This document shows, piece after piece, positions 31,577 to 43,195 of a stretch of DNA of 64,000 nucleotides (position 1 is the first letter of the stretch; the number at the start of each line of letters is the position of its first letter). The position numbers were made by a program, and so were the translations under genes. The notes under the pieces were generated by a model. That model saw only the letters and a program-made list of their open reading frames with translations, was not told the origin of the DNA and searched no databases. The DNA is taken from NCBI GenBank assembly GCA_002269645.1, contig NIVC01000248.1, positions 112,413 to 176,412 on the forward strand, written 5' to 3'. The stretch is from Macrostomum lignano (lineage: Eukaryota).

Positions 31577-34500
31577 TCAATCGCAGATTTTCCTCTGCTT
31601 ATCGGTGATGCAAGTCTCGCACTTGACGTCGCAGCACCACACGAATCGACAGTTGCACTTTTTGTCCACGTGCTTGTAGTGCTCGATCCTGTAGGTGCCC
31701 GAGCAGCAGATACTGCTGCAGCTGCCATTGTTAATGCTGCACACCCGCTGGTGCACGCCCGGCAGGCTCCAGACGTGGTTGGGCTCGCAGAAGAAATCCT
31801 CGCTCACAGATTCGTAGTAGACCAGGTCCCGCCGACGCGGAAGGCTGCCGGGCTGCTGCGGCGAGCGGCCAGCTTTCACCAGGTTCAGCCGGCGACGTCG
31901 GCGTCTTCGCTGTCGCTGGCCTCGGCGACGCTTGTGACGTTGCTGACGAAGCTGCTGAGATGATCGGCCTCCTCGACGAGACTTGCGAGACTGCAGATCC
32001 TGGTCCAGGTAGATCTTCACCGGACTGGCTGTTTTGTTACAAAACAATTTTCAGTTTCTGGTTCGTTTTATGAGACCTTAAAAGTGAACTTTATTCAATT
32101 ATACGCTCGTTAGTCCCTCACCTTGCTCCACCTTGACAGCTTCTTTGTACTGATACTTCAAAAATTCGCCGATTTTTTGAAAGCTGGCCACCTCGCGCCA
32201 GCAGATGTTATGCGTGCAGCTGCCGCTGGTGCCGTGACAGACGCATTTTACTTCCATCGTGCGAACCACCGCCTGCAATTTTAAGTTGGCGATCAAATTT
32301 GTTTGCGCACTACGAAGTGGGCCTGAAGCAACACACCAACAAAATATGCTATGGCTAGTTGGTTAAAGAAGACGACGTCACAGAGAACGCCTCAAGACTT
32401 TGGCGCGAACTTGTCCAGCTGTTGACGAGCTCTTCGATGGCCGAGACAGCGACGCGAGGTCGTCAGCGCAGCCAAGCACTCAAGCCGCCTCTCTGGTTGG
32501 CTTAAGCCCACGAAGCCCGATAGGCTGTTTAGCGTCAACAAAGCAACGCTAAACATCGCCACGATTAGAGCAGTTTATTTAAGAAAACTCCCGAATAAAG
32601 TGGCATTTAGAAAAACATATGATGATGAATAATTTCACGGCACCTCTTGAACCTTCCCTCAATGCCACTAACGATTTAGTTATACCTATAGCAACTGGTA
32701 TCGTTGACCCATCGAAGGAAAAAACATTAGCAAGCAAGACAACAAAATCAACCAAGACGCTGAATTTGTGGATCTCTTCAAGAGACTTGGATGCCAACGA
32801 AAGACGATTATTTTTCGCGCGAACCTGCAGCTGCTGCGTGTGAAATCTTTTTGAACAAATGTGGCCTTCCAGCTGGAATTCTGTGGTGCTGTGTCTGTAA
32901 ATCAATAGCCACCTGTGCTGCAAGTTAAGCAGAGTTGGCTATGGTTAGTACAGACATAAATCCCTGGAACAACCACCGCGCTGCGATAGGAATTACAGCG
33001 TCAGAGTTGCGACCCCCACAATGTCAGCACTGCACAAGCACCGTAACCTCAACCCTCAGATGTTTCGGATCTCCCTACTTAAGCCAATAAAAAGTCACCC
33101 AGGCTTTACCCTCCGTCCAGCGTTGAAGTTGTGCAGCATGGCCAGGTGGCGCACATCGCGGCCGCTCTCTGGCCGGTCCAGCAGTTTGCGGCTTATCGCA
33201 CCGGCGAAGCGCACGTTGTGGTCGCAGCCGGCGTATCTGGCCGCGGCCGGGGAAGCAGCCGATCGTAGCGGCGACAGGCCGCGTTCCGGGTCGTCTTGAG
33301 TCACCCGACAGGGGCAGCAGCGCAGCGACCGGCGACACTCTGAGGCGATGGACGCGGTGACACCTGCCGACACTATGGCCAGGGCGAAGGCGGTCTCCGG
33401 GATGCCTGTGGCAGTTTCGGCGAGGGAAATCATTTAGTTTCCAGAATGGTTCCAGAATGGTTCCAGAATGGTTCCAGAATGGTTCCAGAATGGTTCCAGA
33501 ATGGTTCCAGAATGGTTCCAGAATGGTTCCAGAATGGTTCCAGAATGGTTCCAGAATGGTTCCAGAATGGTTCCAGAATGGTTCCAGAATGGTTCCAGAA
33601 TGGTTCCAGAATGGTTCCAGAATGGTTCCAGAATGGTTCCAGAATGGTTCCAGAATGGTTCCAGAATGGTTCCAGAATGGTTCCAGAATGGTTCCAGAAT
33701 GGTTCCAGAATGGTTCCAGAATGGTTCCAGAATGGTTCCAGAATGGTTCCAGAATGGTTCCAGAATGGTTCCAGAATGGTTCCAGAATGGTTCCAGAATG
33801 GTTCCAGAATGGTTCCAGAATGGTTCCAGAATGGTTCCAGAATGGTTCCAGAATGGTTCCAGAATGGTTCCAGAATGGTTCCAGAATGGTTCCAGAATGG
33901 TTCCAGAATGGTTCCAGAATGGTTCCAGAATGGTTCCAGAATGGTTCCAGAATGGTTCCAGAATGGTTCCAGAATGGTTCCAGAATGGTTCCAGAATGGT
34001 TCCAGAATGGTTCCAGAATGGTTCCAGAATGGTTCCAGAATGGTTCCAGAATGGTTCCAGAATGGTTCCAGAATGGTTCCAGAATGGTTCCAGAATGGTT
34101 CCAGAATGGTTCCAGAATGGTTCCAGAATGGTTCCAGAATGGTTCCAGAATGGTTCCAGAATGGTTCCAGAATGGTTCCAGAATGGTTCCAGAATGGTTC
34201 CAGAATGGTTCCAGAATGGTTCCAGAATGGTTCCAGAATGGTTCCAGAATGGTTCCAGAATGGTTCCAGAATGGTTCCAGAATGGTTCCAGAATGGTTCC
34301 AGAATGGTTCCAGAATGGTTCCAGAATGGTTCCAGAATGGTTCCAGAATGGTTCCAGAATGGTTCCAGAATGGTTCCAGAATGGTTCCAGAATGGTTCCA
34401 GAATGGTTCCAGAATGGTTCCAGAATGGTTCCAGAATGGTTCCAGAATGGTTCCAGAATGGTTCCAGAATGGTTCCAGAATGGTTCCAGAATGGTTCCAG

Positions 34501-36096
34501 AATGGTTCCAGAATGGTTCCAGAATGGTTCCAGAATGGTTCCAGAATGGTTCCAGAATGGTTCCAGAATGGTTCCAGAATGGTTCCAGAATGGTTCCAGA
34601 ATGGTTCCAGAATGGTTCCAGAATGGTTCCAGAACAGAACCCTTTTTCAACAGCTGGCCGAAGATGTTTCCCGCCTCTGCCCTGTAGTTCTGGGTAGCCG
34701 GGAGCAGTTCCACCGCTCCGTGCTCATCTGTCGCTCGCACTCGTGCAACGCCAAGTTGACGCCCTGCAGCGCCGCTCGGATCGCGGCCGGATCGAAGCCG
34801 CAGCGCCTGGCGGAGAAGGTCGCCCACTGCTGCCGGGTGAAGTGGCTCCTGGCCTTGAACAGGTCGAAGTCAGGCCTAAGATAAGCCTCGTGCAGCGACC
34901 TGCGTGTTTCAGTTGAGGCTGGAATTTTTGTCTTTGCGGGTACTTTTTAATATAAATAGGAGTACTAGTACTTTGCGAAGCATTAAATCAAAAATTCGAT
35001 GAGTCCCAAACCGATGAGTCCCAAACCGATGAGTCCCAAACCGATGAGTCCCAAACCGATGAGTCCCAAACCGATGAGTCCCAAACCGATGAGTCCCAAA
35101 CCGATACATAGATACCTAGATACCTACCGACAAACCATTTTTAGTGTATTGGATGTTGAAAATTAACTATAATGCAGCAATCAAATTGGAGACCATGCAA
35201 TCAGGCGCGAGCTACAACTGAGCAGGATTCACTTTAAATGCAAATTTCAAAGTTTGCCAATCAAGACGAAGCAGAAATTAAAGCAGAGGTCGGGCAACTC
35301 AACTGCGACAGAACTGAATCTTTCCGAGGCTCCGCATGAAGCAGATTGAGATCATTACTGAGCGCTATAATTGCCCTCGAGGCTTAGAGCTACAGATTGC
35401 GGCAAAGGCACTATTTATTTCGAAATTTAATGAGCCCTCAAATTTGTGCACAAACTTTGACCAAATTTGCTTTCGCATGTAGCGATGAGTTCTAGCGCTG
35501 AGAAAAGGCATCGCGACAGAATTGCAAGTTAAAACTGAACCTGGACAGGTTTGATTCTTAATATGTCGCTTTAAAGGCAAGGTTAATTTGGGAATGGACA
35601 GATTAGCAAGCAGTTATGGAGGTCAGGCTTCAAGAGTGAATTACTCATAGGACCAAGGCCTCAAGAGTGAATTACTCATAGGACCAAGGCCTCAAGAGTG
35701 AATTACTCATAGGACCAAGGCCTCAAGAGTGAATTACTCAGATTGTCAATGCCTCAAAGGAACTGTTCGGATGACTAAGTACTCAAGGGAACTGCTCAGA
35801 TGACTAAGTACTCAAGGGAACTGCTCAGATGGCCAAGGCTCATTCATAACGTCATCAAGAGCCATCAAACCACACCACTAATGTACAAGCTTCATTTGAT
35901 GTCGATGTGATCGGGCCTTTTTAAAAGCAACTCACCACCATCGAGTGCCTTTCAGGTGCACATCGACTGATGTCGGATGCAGACTGCCGCCACCGATCAG
36001 CGCTGCTGACTGTGCAGCGGAGGGGTGGGAGGCATCAGCTGCGAAGCGAACCAACAGAAGGACGAGCAGCAGCAGTCGAAGGTTTGATCGGTTCAT
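31577..36096 (-). CDS. WNT: Wnt family ligand (~439 aa if one missing base is restored); subfamily not assigned
   Basis: Exons (minus): 36096-35936, 34899-34641, 33405-33110, 32272-32122, 32028-31577. Signal peptide; exon 1 ends ..RW|W; ECERQMSTERWNCS, ETAFALAIVSAGV, GCDHNV, HNFNAGR, CVCHGTSGSC...CW, CNCRFVWCCDVKCETC. Exon 2 is 259 nt where 260 is required (frameshift near 34692-34694). Confidence 0.92.
33440..34634. repeat. Perfect 11-bp tandem array (~108 copies) filling Wnt intron 2
   Basis: (ccagaatggtt)n with no visible variant; ORF-track frames run through it for >400 aa. Confidence 0.99.
34998..35105. repeat. 15-bp minisatellite (~7x) in Wnt intron 1
   Basis: Unit gatgagtcccaaacc. 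Confidence 0.95.
35625..35830. repeat. Two short minisatellites (31 bp x~4; 29 bp x~3) in Wnt intron 1
   Basis: aggcctcaagagtgaattactcataggacca and gggaactgctcagatgactaagtactcaa. Confidence 0.85.
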
Positions 36097-37044
36097 TTGG
36101 ACTGACCGTTTCTTTTTGGTTTCCAAAAGAATCATAGTTCTTGCTTGATCTCCTCCCGAATTTTTCTGGTTTTTAATGATGGAGACAAAACTCTCAGGTG
36201 TTGGGACCAGCCAATGGCGGGGAAGCACCGGGTCTCGGCCAGGGACATCTTAAGTTAAAATGCTGGACAGGCAACTAAGTTCTGGTTGGGCCGTTTTGCT
36301 GCAAGTGAAGTTTCAAAGGACCCGACCGAGGACAAAGATGGGAAGAAAATCGTGCTTCCATTTTTGCAAATAAGCACTGATTTTATAGCTGAATGAATTA
36401 CATACACATCGACAGAACAGAGAGTTTATTCAGAAACTTGTAACAGAAAAGTGTGAAGACACTTTTTTAAAGCCACCGTTCATAGTTAAAAAGGCTTCTC
36501 AATTGAACCTTCAGTAGATAGAAAACTCTGTCTTATATAATGATACCTACTCTAAACTACATTTTACGAAATACAGCTAAAACTCGAGGACTCCTTGTTC
36601 AGATCAGAACAGAATGCAGAGGAGGAAAGGTTTTTACTGCCTCCCGCATCGCACGGCCAGAAAAGTTGTTAATTCGCCGCCCCATCAAAACTGAAGGAAT
36701 ATTTGAAGAAGTATGCCTGCATATGCCAGCCAGACATAGATCTGTATAGAATCAGCTTTGGAGAAAATTCGAGGTTTTATCAGCGAGGCGGAGATAACTG
36801 TAGTCTTTCCGGCTGGCATAACAAGCCGGTTTTTGGTTATAGCCGACAATAAAGTCAAATTAGTTTATTTTGATGAGTATAAGGGCAATGGCAAGTCGTA
36901 ACTGTGTCTGAGAAGAGTATGAAAATAAATTAAACATCCAACTTTCCCACATTTTTGGTATCACCATGTTAATTTCTTTAACTGCACTTCCGCTCTTCTC
37001 ATATCATTTTTTGCTGCTTAGCCCGAGTTGGTTTCACCACTTTA

Positions 37045-37582
37045 CAAGCACCTAAACCAGTTTACATGTACCTAAACCAGTTTACATGTACCTAAACCAA
37101 GTTTACATGTACCTAAACCAGTTTACATGTACCTAAACCAGTTTACATGTACCTAAACCAAGTTTAAATGTACCTAAACCAAGTTTACAAGCACCTAAAC
37201 CAGTTTACATGTACCTAAACCAGTTTACATGTACCTAAACCAAGTTTACATGTACCTAAACCAAGTTTACATGTACCTAAATCAGTTTACATGTACCTAA
37301 ACCAAGTTTACATGTACCTAAACCAAGTTTAAATGTACCTAAACCAGTTTACATGTACCTAAACCAAGTTTAAATGTACCTAAACCAAGTTTACAAGCAC
37401 CTAAACCAGTTTACATGTACCTAAACCAGTTTACATGTACCTAAACCAAGTTTAAATGTACCTAAACCAGTTTACATGTACTTAAACCAGTTTACATGTA
37501 CCTAGACCAGTTTACATGTACTTAAACCAGTTTACATGTACCTAAACCAAGTTTACATGTACCTAAACCAAGTTTACATGTA
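37045..37582. repeat. 20/21-bp minisatellite containing TACATGTA
   Basis: Unit acatgtacctaaacca(a)gttt. Confidence 0.95.
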
Positions 37583-38635
37583 CTATAGCCTCATGGATAG
37601 ACATATACTCCCTTGCCAGTATCCAGCAGAATTGCTCAAAATCAAAGCTGACAAACTTGTACATGTAATTGCTCAACCTCCAATAAAATGCATGACGGTT
37701 GGACCACATATCGGAGTGAGAGTGAGAGATAGAGAGAGAGAGAGAGAGAGAAATTCCCAAGTTAGGGCTAAAAACTGCATGGTAAAATTCCCAGGTTCCT
37801 GATTTAAAGTATTCAGAACGATACAGGTTCAGAGTCTGTCAGAGTTATTAATTAATTTAAAAAATATGGTGGCTCATTTTCAGAAAAATGTGAAATTGCT
37901 GGGAAATTGGAACACGGATCCCCCCCCCGCTGGACTTCTTCGACCTGCGACATTCTGCGCGCAAAGTGGCTGCTGATTCAGTTACCCGACGGTTATGCGT
38001 CTAGCCAAGGGTCCAGCTAGCTGCGAAAATAACTGCACGTGAGGTGCACAGTTAAGTGGCTCTCACCCCTCTGTTGCTGCCTCTAGCGGGACTGCCTCAG
38101 TTTATGGGCGAGGGTGCCGCCACACTGCCACGGGGTGGGAATTAAGTGTCGGGAGTCCGGCATCCTGGTCTCTCCCCGGTGGCAGGTAAGGGTATTGGGG
38201 AGAGATTTTTTATTATCCTCACGATTCCTGCGTTCTTACGGATCGACAGCTGCTTTTTGAAAAGGGAGGCAGAGGAAAAAGTTTTCAAAACTAGGAAAAG
38301 TCGCATTTCAACTTTGTTAAATACAAGATTGCTCGCCTTCACTCTCGAATTGCACGATCAATGCGGTAGGCCCCGAGCAAGTCTGCTTCTCGGAATTTAT
38401 GACAGACGCTTGCGTCCATAGTCGGCTGTTTGGGTTGAGGACCGGAGGGATTCATCAAATTTGCAGGTGCGCAAGCAAGTATCTTCCTAGACTGTGTGTG
38501 CATGTAGTCACTTTTTCTGTCTTCAATATCTAGAGATTATTACGAGCGGTGTACTCATCATTGGTCTCAGAAATGATCGGACACGGTGCTCACGAGGCCT
38601 TGAAACGGACGGTGCCAGGTCGCAGCTTTTCCAGA

Positions 38636-38737
38636 TTGTGGACGCCGCACTGCTGTACAACGCTGAGGCTCTCAAGGGGCTGCTCGATCGAGTCCGAGAC
38701 ACCGGCGTCAACCAGCTCACCTCAGAGAGCATCACGT
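38636..38737 (+). pseudogene. Isolated exon-like fragment, weakly ankyrin-repeat-like
   Basis: ttttccag| IVDAALLYNAEALKGLLDRVRDTGVNQLTSESI |gtga; GC3-rich codons. No partner exons identified. Confidence 0.3.
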
Positions 38738-39198
38738 GACCGATTTTGGAACTCGACTGTTTAAACTGGGGATTTTTCTCTCGGAGAGCCTCAGGCTCCT
38801 GTCAAGGCCGTCAAGGACATGTACGCAGAATATGAAATTAACAGAATCCTAATTTTCTAAAGGAAAGGCTATAAAACATTAAGCATCTTAGAAACGTATT
38901 CTTTTTCACCATACTTGAGTAGTTTTTGGTCCCAGTTTCACTTGTGCTCCGCGCTGTTCTAACTTCAAGACTGACAGCATGTTAGAGTCCTACTGGGGCC
39001 TCTACTGCGACTCCGATCCTAGTGGCGACAACACCGGCTTCTCTTGTAGCAGCATCTCAATTTCATGAATTTCAATTTCAAAACAATACGGAATGCACAA
39101 ATGCCTTGCCATTGGAAACATGTAAACAAAATGCCAGCACCGCATTAATTAATATGCGTGCAGCATTGCATCGCCAGTTTCAGATGAGCTGAACTGAA

Positions 39199-39270
39199 GT
39201 GCTGAGCTGGGCGGAGTGCGTGACCGGATTCGGTCAGGGCGAGAGTCTCAACTACTGGATGGGACTAAAG
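39199..39270 (+). pseudogene. Degenerate fibrinogen-domain fragment
   Basis: LSWAECVTGFGQGESLNYWMGLKE matches the FBG motif W..Y..GFG.....YW.GL. Upstream in-frame stop; truncated by a 20-bp repeat downstream. Confidence 0.55.
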
Positions 39271-40275
39271 GAGTGTGGATCAAGTCCGCTGGAGTCAACG
39301 ACTGGACAAAATTGTCCACTGGCGGACAAAATTGTCCACTGGCGGATAAAATTGTCCCAAGGGCCACTAGAACTGTTTCCAACGGGTACAGCTAGTTTTC
39401 CGCTGGCTATTTTTTTTCGTTTAAAAATCCAAACTCAAGAGAGGATTGCGCCATTCCCTGTCTTTTTCTGCAAGGCCAGAGATGCTCAGCATGTTTGAGA
39501 ACACACTTTTTTTCAACTTTTATTTTGGAGCTACATGTAATTATCATGTAATTATCAATGTTCATCTTGAAATTCAGAGCGCGCTCAGTCACCCCGCCTC
39601 TAAACTCAAGTCATCAAAAGCGCGGCGTCCCGGGATGCCAACACACGGAGCAAAACTGCGGAATTTCAAATAACTGCTGTCTCACGGCGCAATGCATTCT
39701 CTGCTCTTCATCTGACGCTGTCATGGCGACTGCAACAGCCACAGACTCCGGCTGGGGGGGGGGGGAGGGGCGCCAACGAGGCGACCTCGCCGAATACCTT
39801 TGAGCGCCCTTTGCCCCAGGAGCGTGGTCAGGAGGGGGCAGTGGGCCACAGCCCCCAATTACGAGTAATAAACAGGCAAAAATTATGGCGCCCTATCAGA
39901 GTAGTTGTGGCAACCCCCCCTCTTAAAAGATTTGCGCCCCCGTTCTTAGTTTTAGTCGTTCTTCAACAGCTATAGATTGGCGCCATGCACCGTTGCTTGC
40001 GCCCTCTTGATGCTGGCGGCCACTATTATTGCTGCAGCCTCCATATGATGGCGCCCTGGGCTGGCGCACCCATGTTAGATGAGCAAAAACACGAAACGAA
40101 AAAAATTCGAAAAGAAATCTACATGCAGTCCTCAAGGACTACTCAATGATTCTTTGCAAAAATATATGCGAAGCAATCAAAAGCAAGCAGGCAAATAATA
40201 ATTATGTACATAAGCACGAAAACATCCAAATTTCCTATTTAAAGTAGTGTATGCGTATTTCTCGCATAAAGCCGC

Positions 40276-40744
40276 AGTCATGTCGAAGTTAAGAGATTCA
40301 TTTGAGAATCCCTACGATGTCGAGGCTTGCAGGGAATCGCTATAATGCTGTAGTACTACAATTACTCTTGGGGAGAATTACTGAAATGTCAATGCTTTAG
40401 GGTTAGGGTTAGGGTTAGGGCTAGGGCTAGGGTTAGGGCTAGGGCTAGGGTTAGGGCTAGGGCTAGGGCTAGGGCTAGGGTTAGGCGTTAGGGTTAGTGC
40501 TAGGGCTAGGGTTAGGGTTAGAAGGTTGACCAATTTTTTAAGATTTCAAGGCTTGGGGGCATTTTGCTGAGATGTCAAGGGGGAGTTGATATGTTAAGAC
40601 TTGTGGGGGGGGGGATTGCTGACATGTCAAGGCTTACAAGAGACTGCTGAGGTATATTGCAAAGAGACGACGCTACATGTAGTTTATTAAAAACTTGTAC
40701 TGCATTTTTTGGCTCCCCTACGGGGGGGGGGCGCTGATTGCTAG
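40276..40744 (+). mobile_element. Second copy of the Helitron-like element, with expanded internal (TTAGGG/CTAGGG)n tract
   Basis: Colinear high similarity to 20270-20620. Hairpin 40712-40732, CTAG 40741-40744, then T; homology stops exactly at CTAGT. Confidence 0.7.
40397..40521 (+). repeat. Interstitial telomere-like repeat (TTAGGG/CTAGGG mix, ~20 units)
   Basis: Directly visible; lies inside the dispersed element. Confidence 0.95.
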
Positions 40745-43157
40745 TGCTTTCCTAAAAAGCAATTAAAGTTCCTTTTACTTTTACTCAAAGACATATTTGG
40801 TACTCGTTGCTCGTTTGCCCGATGCTGGAAACACGTCACCTGCAGTCTTTTTATCTTTTTTAGGCCTCAAGCCAAATTCAGAGATAAATCAACTCAAAAT
40901 TTTAGTTGATACTACATGTATTTTTCTGAAAACCAATATACCGGCCTGGACCGCCCAAAAAGACCGTCTTAAATGGATCATATTGTTATTCCAACCTGAC
41001 ATATTAATTCTATTTATTATGAAAAAAGACTTATTTATACTCCGGCATTTACTTTAATGGCCCCAAAAACCAGCTGTACATGCACATGGCGCAGTACCAC
41101 ACAATCACACATGGATGGTTACTTGGGTAAACCATATAGATTGGCTTGCACCCGCGGTGTTCGCCTGGTCTGTTTCGTTCTGGGACGGCGGGACGGCGAA
41201 AAGGAGAGTCGAACAATCATATACTTCTTTATTTGCGAGCCTGTAACTGTAACTGCGAACAGGCCGAACGGTACCTGATTGAATGAGGCTTTTCATATTA
41301 CCGATTCCAGAATCAGAATCGGTTCGGATCTTCCAAGAAAAACAGCAGTATAACTATTTAGTTCTGTTGAATATTTGACTGCCTTAACAGCCTCACTTTG
41401 CACAATTTTTCACTTTTTTCTTGGCGATTGTCATTCAATAATAAAAACTTTATAGCATGTATCTCCCTCTAGTTATGGAGACAAAAAGTTATGCTTCACA
41501 AATTGGTTCTGGTTCTGGAACCAGAACTGTAAGCAATATGGAAAGGCCCTTAATACTCGGATTTGAATTAATAATCAGAGGTATTCATTAAAACGAATAA
41601 AAATACGTCTTTTAATTTTAGCACCAAAGGATAAAAAGCAATAAAATTAATTTTAAAACTTCATATTTTAAAAATAAAACAGTTAGTGCGAACAGCATTG
41701 GTAAAAAAAAAATTAAGCATCCGTGGAAAAACATTCTTCATTCATTCATTCAGTGCTCAAGCAAGCTAGGCCCCCAGTATGGTAAAGAGCAGACTACCTC
41801 ACTCGTCTACCTGTTTGAGACAGACTACCTGTGCAGGGTCGGATTTAAGGGGGGCCGGGGGCTAGTGTCTGGCGATGATGGTGCCTCTTTTCCTTTTTGC
41901 TGGCAGTCTTAAATATTATTAATTTTCTGAACTGTAATAGCCTAGGCTCCCCTTTTTTGGCTTCAACTGGAAACTGGACTGGATGGAGACATGGAGTGAT
42001 CAATCCAAAAGAGAAAAGACAATAGTGCCAAAAAACACAAGCATAGAAGTTGCCTGGCTTCTTTTAGTAAATTTGTTTAGCATTATTGTATCAATTATCA
42101 ATCAATTAGACTAGACTAGGCCTATATCTAATTTAATTATAATATTTTTTGTTTTGCTAATTTAATTAGGCCTAATATAAAAATGCTCATAGTACTATTT
42201 TATTTTACTTCATAAATTTTTTTATCAATATTACTTAGAATTAGAAATTGCTATAGCTAAACTAGGCCCCTATCAGTATCACTGACACTTATAAGTTATT
42301 AGTTTCAAATCTGACCATGCATTTTGTAGCAAATATAATTAACTAGGCCTATTATTATTAATATAATACATGTTGTAGGGGTGTTAATTTATAGTTTGAT
42401 CCTACTGCTTAGCTACCTAGTTGTTGAGGTTACTAACTGTAACTTTATTTTATCAAATTATCACAAGGGGTTTGGAGTTTCTTAGGATTTGGAGAAAAAT
42501 ATGCAATTTCTACTACTAATAAGAATAAGCCTTAGGTTGCTCCTAGTGGCATGGTATGTCTGAGTGGCAAGACACTATCTATAATTCTATCAGTTAGTAG
42601 AAGTCTGAGGGAGGGCTATGCAATGGATCAGAGTTGCCTGGGAAATGGGGTGCACTAGTGGGGAATTTTAATCACTAATAGGGAATTCTTGCATGGAGGA
42701 TGACCAGGATATGTTGTCTAGTAGGGAAGGAGGCAGTACGCCTAATGAAGGACTAGAATTAGAAAGGATTGGGCATGTAAACAGAGAGTCTGGCAGAGGA
42801 GTTGACAAAACGTCAGTCTGGGCCATAGCTGGGAAGGTGGCAGTTTTTGGTGAATTTTCCGGCGCAAATTGGCCCTTTTTTTGGCACACACGGCGCACAC
42901 GGCATACAAGGAAAAATTGGAAATGCTCTGGCGGCGCACATGGCGCATGGCACTGAAAAAATATATAGTTACACTTCGTTATACTTTGCAAAATAAATAG
43001 TGTCAGGCCTAATTCCATAATTTGTAAAATAAAATTACGTAGGGGGGGCCTAAATTACGTAAATTACATAAATTACGTAAATTATGTAAATCACGATATA
43101 AAATATGTAAATGAAATTCAAATTTGTCTACCGTAAATTCCTTACAGTAGAATAAAT

Positions 43158-43195
43158 ACCTTACCTTACCTTACCTTACCTTAGACTTACCTTAT
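43158..43195. repeat. (CCTTA)n microsatellite
   Basis: ccttaccttaccttaccttaccttagacttacctta. Confidence 0.8.

Noticed and set aside
33430-34884. Four 400-475-aa ORFs on both strands
   Set aside because: Translation of the stop-free 11-bp intronic array; only the flanking Wnt exon parts are real.
40397-40521. Possible true telomere or chromosome-fusion scar
   Set aside because: Short, mixed TTAGGG/CTAGGG, single orientation, and embedded in a dispersed element that has a 4-unit version at ~20389-20416.
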